Assembly: GCA_964609095.1 (NCBI GenBank)
Contig: CAZSQN010000001.1
Coordinates: 86,117 to 150,116 of the forward strand
Direction of reading: 5' to 3'
From: an uncultured Gammaproteobacteria bacterium
GTDB lineage: Bacteria; Patescibacteriota; Patescibacteriia; CAZSQN01
DNA length: 64,000 bases
Numbering within the stretch: the first letter of the stretch is position 1; each line of letters begins with the position of its first letter. Made by a program: the position numbers and the translations under genes. This document shows positions 56,034 through 64,000 of this stretch, one piece after another. The notes under the pieces were generated by a model, which did no database searches, was not told the origin of the DNA, and worked only from the letters and a program-made list of their open reading frames with translations.

Positions 56034-56432
56034 ATGAAGTATCTAGGAATTGACCATGGCGGAAAAAGAATAGGTTTAGCCATTGGCGATGACGAAACGC
56101 GCGTCGCCAGCCCGTTAGAAGTGGTTGAAGCGGATTCTAACGAGGAGGCCGTTGCCGCAATTGGTTTGATTATAAAAGAAGAAGGAATTGATAAAATAAT
56201 TTTGGGTCTGCCTCTATCCCTCAAAGGAGAAGAAGGAGCGCAGGCGGCTCGCGTGCGCGAGTTTGGAAACGGATTGAGCAAGCTGTCCAAGATTGACGTT
56301 ATCTATGAGGACGAACGGCTTTCTTCCAAAATGGCAGACGCGCTCCTAAAAGAAGCGTTGCCGGAGAAGCGGGACGCCGTGGCGGCGATGGTGATACTGC
56401 AATCTTATTTAGATAAATTGCGTAAAGTATAA
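56034..56432 (+). CDS. ruvX: Holliday junction resolvase RuvX (YqgF)
   Basis: MKYLGIDHGGKRIGLAIGD...GLPL is RNase H-like YqgF. Confidence 0.8.
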   Translation: MKYLGIDHGGKRIGLAIGDDETRVASPLEVVEADSNEEAVAAIGLIIKEEGIDKIILGLPLSLKGEEGAQAARVREFGNGLSKLSKIDVIYEDERLSSKMADALLKEALPEKRDAVAAMVILQSYLDKLRKV

Positions 56433-56491
56433 AACATGAAACCTGAAACATGATTTGTGTTCTATGTTTCATGCTTCATGCCGTGTGAAAT

Positions 56492-57244
56492 ATGACTTAC
56501 CGAACACTGGGTATTGTCTTGCGCCGCCGCGATGTGCGCGAAGCCGACCGACTTTATACTATTTATACCCGCGAACACGGCAAGATTGAGGCCATCGCGC
56601 GAGGCGGCAGAAAGATGGCCTCAAAATTATCTCCGCATTTGGAAACATTTGCCACGGTGGATTTGTTAATTGCCCGGGGAAGATTGTGGGACCATGTTGC
56701 CGGCGCGGAATGCGCTTTGCGTTTTGGCGAAATCAGCTCACGCTATTTACCCACTGTTGCCGCGTGCTACGGTCTGGAAGCGATTGACGTTTTTACAAAG
56801 CACGGAGCTCGCGATCTCGGGCTTTGGAATTTGCTTCTTGAATATCTGCGCGCGCTGAATACCATCCCCGGCGGCTCATCGGCCGGAATTCTTTTTGGAA
56901 TCACCAGAGCTTACTCTTGCCAGCTGCTTGCCCGTTTGGGAGTCGCGCCGGAATTGGGCAGATGCCATAATTGCAAGACGACGGATTCTCCGTCTTGGGA
57001 ACTTGCTTCCGCCGGGATTCTTTGCTACGGTTGTTCCGGGATAAAGATGAACGAACCGTCAATGCCGCTTGGAAAAGAAGCTCTTTTACTTTTAAAGGCA
57101 TATTGCCAAGAGCCGCTGGATAAATTTCTTTCGCCCTTGGAGGATGGTGGCGGCAATAAGGCGGCTTGGGGAGCCGTTGATTTTCTTTTAAGGACGCAGC
57201 TCGGAGCCAATCTTAAAAGCGAAAAATTTTTGAGCGTCAATTAG
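56492..57244 (+). CDS. recO: DNA repair protein RecO
   Basis: N-terminal OB fold (GIVLRRRDVREADRLYTIYT). C-terminal Cys4 zinc motif (CHNCKT...CYGC). Confidence 0.8.
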   Translation: MTYRTLGIVLRRRDVREADRLYTIYTREHGKIEAIARGGRKMASKLSPHLETFATVDLLIARGRLWDHVAGAECALRFGEISSRYLPTVAACYGLEAIDVFTKHGARDLGLWNLLLEYLRALNTIPGGSSAGILFGITRAYSCQLLARLGVAPELGRCHNCKTTDSPSWELASAGILCYGCSGIKMNEPSMPLGKEALLLLKAYCQEPLDKFLSPLEDGGGNKAAWGAVDFLLRTQLGANLKSEKFLSVN

Positions 57245-57259
57245 CCGGAGGAGAGAGAA

Positions 57260-57550
57260 TTGGGGCAAAAGCCGTCGCGCGTAACCAAGCATGCGATTAA
57301 ACGGTATATGGGCCGCGTGCATAAGGGCCGGAGATTGAGGGAGCGCCACATTGTGGAGCGGATTCGGCAGATGCTAAAGCGCGGCTATCCAGTCGCGACA
57401 ACGCGGAGAAATCAGGCGGTGCTGGAAAGCAAGCTTCACGATGGGCGGGTATTTTACCTTATCTACGGCAATGATTCCGTTATCACTATAGTAACCGCCT
57501 CCATGTTTGAAGAAAGCCTGCGCCGGAGCGACTATCGCCTCATTTCATAA
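57260..57550 (+). CDS. hypothetical small protein (96 aa)
   Basis: Basic N-terminus. No confident domain; loosely DUF4258-like. Confidence 0.4.
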   Translation: MGQKPSRVTKHAIKRYMGRVHKGRRLRERHIVERIRQMLKRGYPVATTRRNQAVLESKLHDGRVFYLIYGNDSVITIVTASMFEESLRRSDYRLIS

Positions 57551-57625
57551 TTCTCGCCTTCCCAAAAGGCGAGATTTTTTTTGGCCGCTTTACTACGGCG
57601 GATATTTGGTATAAATTATTCTTAT

Positions 57626-59017
57626 ATGATTAAAACCAGAACAACCGTGTTAGACGCCGTTTCGCGCGTCGGCGAAGAAATATTGCTCAAAGGATGGGTG
57701 CGCGGCAGGCGAGATATGGGCAAGATTATTTTTATTGATTTGCGCGACCGAAGCGGAATTATGCAAGTGATTTGCGCCGCGCCGGAGGTTGTGGCGACGG
57801 CAAACCAGCTTAGAAGCGAATACGCGGTTGCCATCCGCGGTTTGGTTAAAGAGCGCAGCGCGAAGCAAATAAACGAAAAATTGCCATCCGGCCGGGTGGA
57901 AGTTGAAGCTCTGGAAGTCATCATAATCAATCCCGCAAAAACGCCTCCTTTTGAATTGGACAAAGACACTCGTTTTGTAAATGAGGAAACCAGATTAAGA
58001 TACCGTTATCTTGATTTGAGAAGTGAAAGAATGTTAAAAAATCTGGAATTGCGGCACAGAGTAATTAAATTTTTCCGCGATTTCTTGTCGGACAGAGGAT
58101 TTTTGGAAGTGGAGACCCCGATTTTAACCAAGGGCACGCCGGAGGGGGCGCGCGAATTTATTGTTCCCTCGCGGCTTCATGCGGGCAAGGCCTATGTTTT
58201 GCCGCAATCGCCCCAGCAGTTTAAGCAGCTTCTGATGGTCGCCGGCGTTGAAAAATATTTTCAGGTGGCCAAGGCCTTCCGGGACGAGGACCAGCGCGGA
58301 GACCGCCAGCCGGAGTTTACCCAACTTGATATTGAAATGAGTTTTGTGGAGCAGGAAGATATTTTAAAATTGGGCGAAGAGATGATGAACGCGCTCATTG
58401 ACGCGCTAAACGATGCGGGCGGTGGCTATCGCGTTTCCAAAAATCCGTGGCCGCGCCTTACTTATGCCGAGGCGATGGAAAAATATAAAACCGACAAGCC
58501 GGATTTGCGGGAAGATAAAAATAATCCAAAAGAGCTTGCTTTCGCCTGGGTGGTTGATTTTCCAATGTATGAGCAAGACGCCGAAGGGGCGCTGGCCGCC
58601 GCGCACCATCCTTTTACCAGGCCGCATTCGGAAGACGAGCATTTATTGGAATTGGATCCGTTAAAAGTAAGAGCGCGGTCGTATGATATTGTTTTGAACG
58701 GATATGAAATTTCGTCGGGGTCCATCCGCATCCATGAGCGCGAACTGCAGAACAGGATATTTAAAATTTTAGGGCTCTCGCAGGAAGAAATTAACGCTAA
58801 ATTCGGCCATATGCTGGAAGCGTTTGAATACGGCGCTCCGCCGCACGGCGGATTTGCTCCCGGGTTGGACAGGTTAGTGATGATTTTGGCGGACGAGCCC
58901 AATATCCGCGAAGTTATGGCCTTTCCCAAAACCGGCGACGCGCGCGACCCGATGATGGGCTCTCCCTCTCTAATCGGCGCGAAACAAATGAAAGACGCGC
59001 ATATAAAATGGACTTAA
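57626..59017 (+). CDS. aspS: aspartyl-tRNA synthetase (compact archaeal/CPR-type)
   Basis: N-terminal OB anticodon-binding domain. Class II motifs (FRDEDQRGDRQPEFTQLDIEMSF; GGFAPGLDRLVMIL). Confidence 0.85.
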   Translation: MIKTRTTVLDAVSRVGEEILLKGWVRGRRDMGKIIFIDLRDRSGIMQVICAAPEVVATANQLRSEYAVAIRGLVKERSAKQINEKLPSGRVEVEALEVIIINPAKTPPFELDKDTRFVNEETRLRYRYLDLRSERMLKNLELRHRVIKFFRDFLSDRGFLEVETPILTKGTPEGAREFIVPSRLHAGKAYVLPQSPQQFKQLLMVAGVEKYFQVAKAFRDEDQRGDRQPEFTQLDIEMSFVEQEDILKLGEEMMNALIDALNDAGGGYRVSKNPWPRLTYAEAMEKYKTDKPDLREDKNNPKELAFAWVVDFPMYEQDAEGALAAAHHPFTRPHSEDEHLLELDPLKVRARSYDIVLNGYEISSGSIRIHERELQNRIFKILGLSQEEINAKFGHMLEAFEYGAPPHGGFAPGLDRLVMILADEPNIREVMAFPKTGDARDPMMGSPSLIGAKQMKDAHIKWT

Positions 59018-59049
59018 ATTTTTAACTTTTAACTTTTAATTTAAATTGT

Positions 59050-59565
59050 ATGGCGGCTTCAAAAAAAATTCTAACTCATCTTAAAGCCGGCAAAGTCAAG
59101 TTTGACGTGGTTGAGCACAAGAAAGTTTATACTGCTTATGATTTAGCGCGGACGCTTGGCGAAAAACTGGAAAAAATCGCCAAAACGCTTCTGGTGGAGG
59201 CGGAACTGCCCAAACTGCAGAAAAAAGGAAAAAATTATTTCGTCGTGGTGTTGCCGGCGTCTTACCGACTGGATTTGCAGAAATTAAAAAAAGAATTAAA
59301 GGCAAAAAGCGCGGTTTTGGCGCCGGAGCGCGTGATGAAAAAATTCGGCATCAAGCCGGGAGAGCTGACCCCGTTTGGCTCTTTGCACAAACTTGAGGTG
59401 CTTTTGGACAAGGGATTGGCCAAAACCAAAGAAGTGATTCTTTCCGCCGGAAGTCTAACTGACGCTGTCAGAATGAAGGTAAAAGATTTGCACAAATTGG
59501 AGGGCGCGCGCCTTGTCGGCGCCGGCGCCAAAATTGCGGCCAAAAAAGCTAAAAAAAGAAAATAA
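59050..59565 (+). CDS. YbaK/ProX-like aminoacyl-tRNA deacylase domain protein
   Basis: Pattern VEHKKVYTAYDLA...IAKTLLV...VVVLPASYRLDL...TPFG matches the YbaK/ProRS-associated trans-editing domain. Lys-rich C-terminal tail. Confidence 0.65.
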   Translation: MAASKKILTHLKAGKVKFDVVEHKKVYTAYDLARTLGEKLEKIAKTLLVEAELPKLQKKGKNYFVVVLPASYRLDLQKLKKELKAKSAVLAPERVMKKFGIKPGELTPFGSLHKLEVLLDKGLAKTKEVILSAGSLTDAVRMKVKDLHKLEGARLVGAGAKIAAKKAKKRK

Positions 59566-59573
59566 CCGGGTCA

Positions 59574-60269
59574 ATGCCGTACAAAGTCAGATTGGAAAAA
59601 TTTGAAGGTCCGCTGGATTTATTGCTCCAGCTGATTGAATCGGAAGAGCTGCCCATAACGGAGGTGTCGCTGGCCGAAGTTGCCGAACAATATGTGGCGC
59701 ATCTTCAGGCGATTGAAGAAAAAAATCCGGAGGAACTGGCCGATTTTCTTCTTGTCGCCGCCAAGCTCCTGCTTATAAAATCGCGCGTTCTTTTGCCGTC
59801 TCTGGATTTGAATCTGGAAGAAGATGGCATCAGCTTGGAAGACCAGCTGAAGTTATATAAGGAATACGCCCAAGCGTCAAAAACGGTCCAGGCAATTATC
59901 GGCAAGCGCGCTTTTAGCTGGCCAAGGCAGAAGGCGCCTCTTCAAGCGGGGATATTCACCCCCCCCAAGGGGCTTAATCCCGGGAAATTAGCCGCGGTAT
60001 TTAGGGATATTTTGCGCGCGCTTGCGCCCGTCTCCAAGCTTCCCGGCGCCGCCATTTCCCGCGCCATCTCCATAAAAGAAAAGATAGAAGAGCTGCGTCG
60101 GCTGATTTTGTCTAAAGCGCAGATTAATTTTTCTCAGATTATGCGCGGAGCCAAAAGCAAGACGGAAGTGATTGTCAGCTTTTTGGCTCTTTTGGAGCTT
60201 ATCAAGCAAAAAATAGTCAATGTGTCGCAGAAAGAATTGTTTGAAGATATCAGCGTAAAAAGAATATAG
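59574..60269 (+). CDS. scpA: segregation and condensation protein A
   Basis: LEKFEGPLDLLLQLIESEELPITEVSLAEVAEQY. Confidence 0.8.
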   Translation: MPYKVRLEKFEGPLDLLLQLIESEELPITEVSLAEVAEQYVAHLQAIEEKNPEELADFLLVAAKLLLIKSRVLLPSLDLNLEEDGISLEDQLKLYKEYAQASKTVQAIIGKRAFSWPRQKAPLQAGIFTPPKGLNPGKLAAVFRDILRALAPVSKLPGAAISRAISIKEKIEELRRLILSKAQINFSQIMRGAKSKTEVIVSFLALLELIKQKIVNVSQKELFEDISVKRI

Positions 60270-60293
60270 ATAATACCAATTTAATTCGTTTTT

Positions 60294-60872
60294 GTGGCAA
60301 ATCTGAAACAGAAAATTGAAAGCATTATGTTTGTGGCGACGCATCCCCTGCATCTTAAAAAGATGGCGGAGTTTTTGGACGCGAATGTTTCCAAAGTTGA
60401 AGAGGCAATGGAAGAGCTAAGGCAATACTACAAAGAACGCGGCGGCGGAATGCAGATTTTAAAAAATGGAAAAGAGTATCAGATGGTCACCTCCCCCGAG
60501 TGCTCAAAGACCGTTGAAGAATATGTGCGCAAGGAGGAGACGGGCGAGCTGACGCGCCCCCAGCTTGAAACGCTCACGGTCATTGCTTACCGCGGACCCA
60601 TTAGCAAGCCGGAATTGGACCAGGTCAGGGGCATAAATTCGGCTTTAATTTTGCGCAATTTGATGATCCGCGGACTGGTGCAGGAGGAAGAAGATAAAAA
60701 AACGGGAATGTCCAATTATGCCATCACTATGGATTTTCTCCGGTTTCTGGGTTTGCGGGAGGTAGGGGAACTTCCCGATTATGAGCGGCTTCGCGGAGAT
60801 AAAACAATCAGCGACTTGCTTGAACAGATGAAAAAAAATAAAATCGCGGGAGGCGGCGCGGCGCCGGTATGA
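60294..60872 (+). CDS. scpB: segregation and condensation protein B
   Basis: IESIMFVATHPL...LETLTVIAYRGPISKPELDQVRG. Tandem wHTH. Confidence 0.8.
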   Translation: MANLKQKIESIMFVATHPLHLKKMAEFLDANVSKVEEAMEELRQYYKERGGGMQILKNGKEYQMVTSPECSKTVEEYVRKEETGELTRPQLETLTVIAYRGPISKPELDQVRGINSALILRNLMIRGLVQEEEDKKTGMSNYAITMDFLRFLGLREVGELPDYERLRGDKTISDLLEQMKKNKIAGGGAAPV

Positions 60873-61840
60873 CCGCCATATTGTTTTTTCAAGTTATTTT
60901 TTCTATTATTTTGGCGGCGCTGACGGGGAATCTGCCTTTGTCTTTTTTAGAATCAAAGGCGCGAATGGGCAAATTGGGATTTTTTGAAAAAAGAGACGCT
61001 TCTTTAGAATCCAATTACCTGCCCGCTTCCGCCGACAAGCCGTCTCCGCCAAAGAGAAAGCCAGGAAGCCGTTCCGTGGGCATAGAAATATCAGCCAATG
61101 TGGCCGCGGCGGTTGATATGGTAAGCGGCAAAACGCTTTTTGAAAAAAAAGCCGATTTTGCCATGCCTTTGGCGTCGCTTACCAAACTGATGACCGCGCT
61201 CGTGGCGCTGGAGGCGCCGCCGGAGTGGGAGCGTGAAGTAGTGATAATGGAAAGCGACTTGCGGGAAGGGCCGCGTTCTATGAATGCGGGGGATAAAATT
61301 ACGATTAAAGACCTTTTTTATTCGGCGCTTGTCGCTTCTGAAAATACGGCCGCCGTGGCTCTTAGCCGATCAATGGACATTGCTCCGGATGAATTTATTT
61401 TAAGGATGAACGCAAAGGCGGAAGAATTGGGCATGCTTAATTCAAGCTTTAAGGATGTCACCGGCCTTGATCCCGGCAATATCGCTAACGCGCTTGACGT
61501 GGCGGTTTTGGCGCGCGCCGCTTTTAAGGAAGAAAAAATAAAAAATGCTCTGATGACAAGCTCGTATGAAATAGTGAAATCAAATACGGGCGAGAAGAAG
61601 AATATCAAGAATACCGACCGGTTGCTGGATGGAGTGCTTAATCGCGAACCGTTTAAGATTCAGGGCGGAAAAACAGGCTATATTGACGAAAGCGGATATA
61701 ATTTTGTTTTTGAAGTTAAAGGCGGCAAAAAACAGGATTTGGTGGTTGTTGTTTTTGGCAGCGAAAGCGCGGAGGCGCGCTTCGAAGATGCGAAAAATCT
61801 GGCTTTGTGGGCTTTTGAAAATTTTGATTGGGAAAAATAA
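60869..61840 (+). CDS. D-alanyl-D-alanine carboxypeptidase (serine-type, S11 family)
   Basis: SxxK (ASLTK), SxN (SEN), KTG (GGKTGY). N-terminal signal/TM anchor. Confidence 0.8.
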   Translation: MTAILFFQVIFSIILAALTGNLPLSFLESKARMGKLGFFEKRDASLESNYLPASADKPSPPKRKPGSRSVGIEISANVAAAVDMVSGKTLFEKKADFAMPLASLTKLMTALVALEAPPEWEREVVIMESDLREGPRSMNAGDKITIKDLFYSALVASENTAAVALSRSMDIAPDEFILRMNAKAEELGMLNSSFKDVTGLDPGNIANALDVAVLARAAFKEEKIKNALMTSSYEIVKSNTGEKKNIKNTDRLLDGVLNREPFKIQGGKTGYIDESGYNFVFEVKGGKKQDLVVVVFGSESAEARFEDAKNLALWAFENFDWEK

Positions 61841-61846
61841 TTTTTT

Positions 61847-62329
61847 ATGTTTTTTGAATGGCTTAACAATTTGCCGCACGAGCTTGGAACCGTCGTCATT
61901 GCCATGACGCCGATTTTGGAATTACGCGCTTCCATACCGATAGCGCTCGGCGTTTATAAAATGTCAATTCCTTCGGCGATATTTTTTTCCGCTATCGGCG
62001 ACATGATTCCGGCCGTCATCATCCTTCGCTACGCGGGCGTTATCTCGGAACTGATGAGCAAACATTCGCGATTTTTTGATAACGCGATGAAATGGTGGGC
62101 TAAAAGGACGGAGAAAAAATTTCTGGACGGGTTTGCCAAATACGGTTTGGCGGCGCTTTTTATTTTTGTGGCTGTGCCATTGCCCGGCACCGGCAGCTGG
62201 AGCGGAGCTTTGGCGGCGTTTTTGTTCCGTCTTCCGTTTTTGCCGTCGCTTCTGGCCATAGCCGCGGGAGTGTTTGTCGCGGCTTTTATTGTTGCCGGAG
62301 CCAGCGCCGGAGCGCTTGCTATTTTTTAG
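61847..62329 (+). CDS. small membrane protein (COG2426-like putative small export protein)
   Basis: 160 aa with 4 TM helices. Confidence 0.4.
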   Translation: MFFEWLNNLPHELGTVVIAMTPILELRASIPIALGVYKMSIPSAIFFSAIGDMIPAVIILRYAGVISELMSKHSRFFDNAMKWWAKRTEKKFLDGFAKYGLAALFIFVAVPLPGTGSWSGALAAFLFRLPFLPSLLAIAAGVFVAAFIVAGASAGALAIF

Positions 62330-62401
62330 AATTTAATAGATATTGAAAAATAAAAAGCGGCCATATGCGGCGCTTTTTAGCTGTAAATAATTGTGTTTAA
62401 T

Positions 62402-62478
62402 TGGTAGCGGGGGCCGGAATCGAACCGGCGACCTAGGGCTTATGAGTCCCTCGCTCTAACCGACTGAGCTACCCCGCC
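62402..62478 (-). tRNA. tRNA-Met/fMet (anticodon CAT), CCA encoded
   Basis: Reverse complement GGCGGGGTAGCTCAGTCGGTTAGAGCGAGGGACTCATAAGCCCTAGGTCGCCGGTTCGATTCCGGCCCCCGCTACCA. Three G-C pairs in the anticodon stem suggest the initiator. Confidence 0.75.
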
Positions 62479-62642
62479 GTGCGCTCGCTTACCGACCGCA
62501 CTCTCGTTCATGCTCAATGCTTCGCCTTCACTTTCGTGCAGTCGCCGCTCGCTGTTGCGTCTGTACAACAGAAGCAGCTATATTAGGGTGATTTTAAATT
62601 CTCTGCCCACAACTGTACACACAACGCTGGTTTTGTGCACGG

Positions 62643-62660
62643 TTGCGGGGGTGGGATTTC
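62643..62660 (-). other. orphan copy of a tRNA 3' end (GAAATCCCACCCCCGCAA)
   Basis: Matches T-stem 3' strand + acceptor 3' strand of the tRNA at 62804-62875, 143 bp away, in the same orientation. Confidence 0.45.
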
Positions 62661-62803
62661 TTTCGCTCCGACTCAAGTCCGGGCGCTGCGTACCAGCCCG
62701 ATAACATCGGGCTTACTCGCGTCCTTCAAATCCCGTCCTTGATCCGCGCAACACTGTACAGAAGAAATAGCTTCTGTCCACTGTTGCGGGGGTGGGATTT
62801 GAA

Positions 62804-62875
62804 CCCACGACCTCCAGGTTATGGGCCTGGCGAGCTGCCACTGCTCTACCCCGCTGTATTTACAGTAAATATTAT
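62804..62875 (-). tRNA. tRNA with anticodon CAT (Met or Ile2/lysidine type)
   Basis: Reverse complement AGCGGGGTAGAGCAGTGGCAGCTCGCCAGGCCCATAACCTGGAGGTCGTGGGTTCAAATCCCACCCCCGCA. A1xA72 mismatch; C at position 33. Confidence 0.65.
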
Positions 62876-62912
62876 CATAATTTAGATTTGTTGTCAATTT
62901 GAAAATTTTCTC

Positions 62913-63860
62913 ATGTATATTTCTCTTTTTTACGATGTCATCATCATGGGTTTTCTGCTTTTGACCGGCGCGGGAATTATTTTTCTTGTTTTTTTTAAAT
63001 CAGCGCGCAGCCGCTTTTGGGTGAGGCATAAAAAGCTTTTTGCGGCTGCGCTCTCCGCGCTCGGCCTCATATGGTTTGTTGTTTTTTACGGGTCGTTTAT
63101 CGAACCGCGATTGATAGTTCTGGCAAATTACGAATTTAATTCAAAAAAGGTCAGCCGACCCATGCGCATAGCGGTGGTGTCAGACACGCATGCCGGACCG
63201 GCAAAAGGGAAAAGATTTATTAAAAGATTGGCAAATAAAATAGAGCGCGCTAAACCCGATGCCGTTTTTTTGCTGGGCGATTTAATCTCCGATGATGAAA
63301 GCAATATTCCTTTGCTTGAACCATTGCTGGCGCTCTCCGCGAACACGCCTACTTTTGCCATTTTGGGAAATCATGATTACTTGGGCGTGCCCAATCAGGG
63401 ACAGGTTGTAAAATCATTTTCGCCGCTTGAGCCGTATTTACGCCGATACGGAGTTACGGCGCTCAAAAATGAAAATACTCAAATTGAGCTGAATGGGAAT
63501 AAACTGGCCATTGCCGGAATTGACGATCTTGCTTCCGGAGCGCCGGATATGCGAGCCGCACTTATGGGAATGCCGCCGGAAGCATTGCGCGTTCTTTTAT
63601 CGCACAGTCCCGACGCGGTTTTATATTTAAAACCGGGCGAAGTTGATATGGTTATGTCAGGGCATACGCATGGCGGCCAGATTCGGCTTCCTTTTATCGG
63701 TCCGATTGCGCCAGAACCAACTGTTTTGGGAAGGAAGTTCACGCGCGGATTTTATGTCATAAATAATATCACCCTTTTTATTACCTCCGGGGCTGGGGAA
63801 AGCGGGCCGCGCGCCAGATTGTTTGTGCCGCCGGAGATTGCCATATTTGAAATAAAATAA
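62913..63860 (+). CDS. membrane-anchored metallophosphoesterase (calcineurin-like)
   Basis: Two N-terminal TM helices. Motifs VSDTHAG, GDLISD, GNHDY, GHTHGGQIR. Confidence 0.8.
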   Translation: MYISLFYDVIIMGFLLLTGAGIIFLVFFKSARSRFWVRHKKLFAAALSALGLIWFVVFYGSFIEPRLIVLANYEFNSKKVSRPMRIAVVSDTHAGPAKGKRFIKRLANKIERAKPDAVFLLGDLISDDESNIPLLEPLLALSANTPTFAILGNHDYLGVPNQGQVVKSFSPLEPYLRRYGVTALKNENTQIELNGNKLAIAGIDDLASGAPDMRAALMGMPPEALRVLLSHSPDAVLYLKPGEVDMVMSGHTHGGQIRLPFIGPIAPEPTVLGRKFTRGFYVINNITLFITSGAGESGPRARLFVPPEIAIFEIK

Positions 63861-63885
63861 CCCCGACAAATCGTCGAGGTTGTTT

Positions 63886-64000
63886 TTATTTAGCTTTTGG
63901 TTTGGCGAATTTGGCGGAAACAACGGCTTTGAGGTTGTCTTCGCGAGACGGGTTTGGATTCATGCCATAAATATTCACGTCTACCCAAATCCATCTGGCG
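63886..64000 (-). CDS. 3' end of an unidentified gene (continues beyond the window)
   Basis: Open minus-strand frame ending ...FAKPKAK-TAA at 63886. Only 38 codons visible. Confidence 0.3.
   Translation of the reverse strand, partial: ARWIWVDVNIYGMNPNPSREDNLKAVVSAKFAKPKAK

Overview
This 64 kb window is gene-dense, mostly + strand, modest GC, and looks like a Candidate Phyla Radiation (Patescibacteria/Parcubacteria-like) bacterium. From the sequence alone I can support these features.

Housekeeping genes:
- trpS (3' part), ileS, aspS, groES/groEL, nusA, yidC, ruvA, ruvX, recO, scpA/scpB, prfB with its programmed +1 frameshift, rsmA, tsaC, map.
- An RNase P RNA (rnpB), a tmRNA (ssrA) and 7 tRNAs plus 3 tRNA fragments.

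Cell-envelope and sugar genes:
- A cluster of a polyprenyl-phosphate sugar transferase and three GT4 glycosyltransferases, followed by a DUF4012 + DUF11-like surface-protein pair.
- A FemAB-family gene.
- A pentose-phosphate/sugar-phosphate block: rpiB, rpe, split transketolase, two PfkB kinases, class II aldolase, 2-hydroxyacid dehydrogenase.

Structure that ordinary annotation does not explain:
1. A ~4.1 kb element at the 3' end of tRNA-Ala. It carries a large serine recombinase flanked by near-perfect 127-bp inverted repeats, then an XRE/PD-(D/E)xK-nuclease-like/2-unknown operon flanked by a second pair of ~190-bp inverted repeats. NUDIX, EEP and DoxX genes follow.
2. A pervasive family of period-7 (heptanucleotide) tandem-repeat arrays, often paired into long imperfect hairpins, in most intergenic regions. 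Three of them sit in-frame inside the FemAB gene.
3. IleRS carrying a ~200-aa histidine-phosphatase (PGAM, RHG-motif) domain inserted at its zinc-knuckle region.
4. A ~95-bp promoter + 5'-leader cassette duplicated upstream of two unrelated, compositionally foreign small genes.
5. GC-rich islets next to tRNA-Arg.
6. tRNA half-fragments beside intact tRNAs.
7. A 700-bp non-coding region with nested inverted repeats and iteron-like repeats.
8. An orphan HicB-like gene followed by a PaaX-like regulator flanked by identical perfect palindromes.

No CRISPR array is present.
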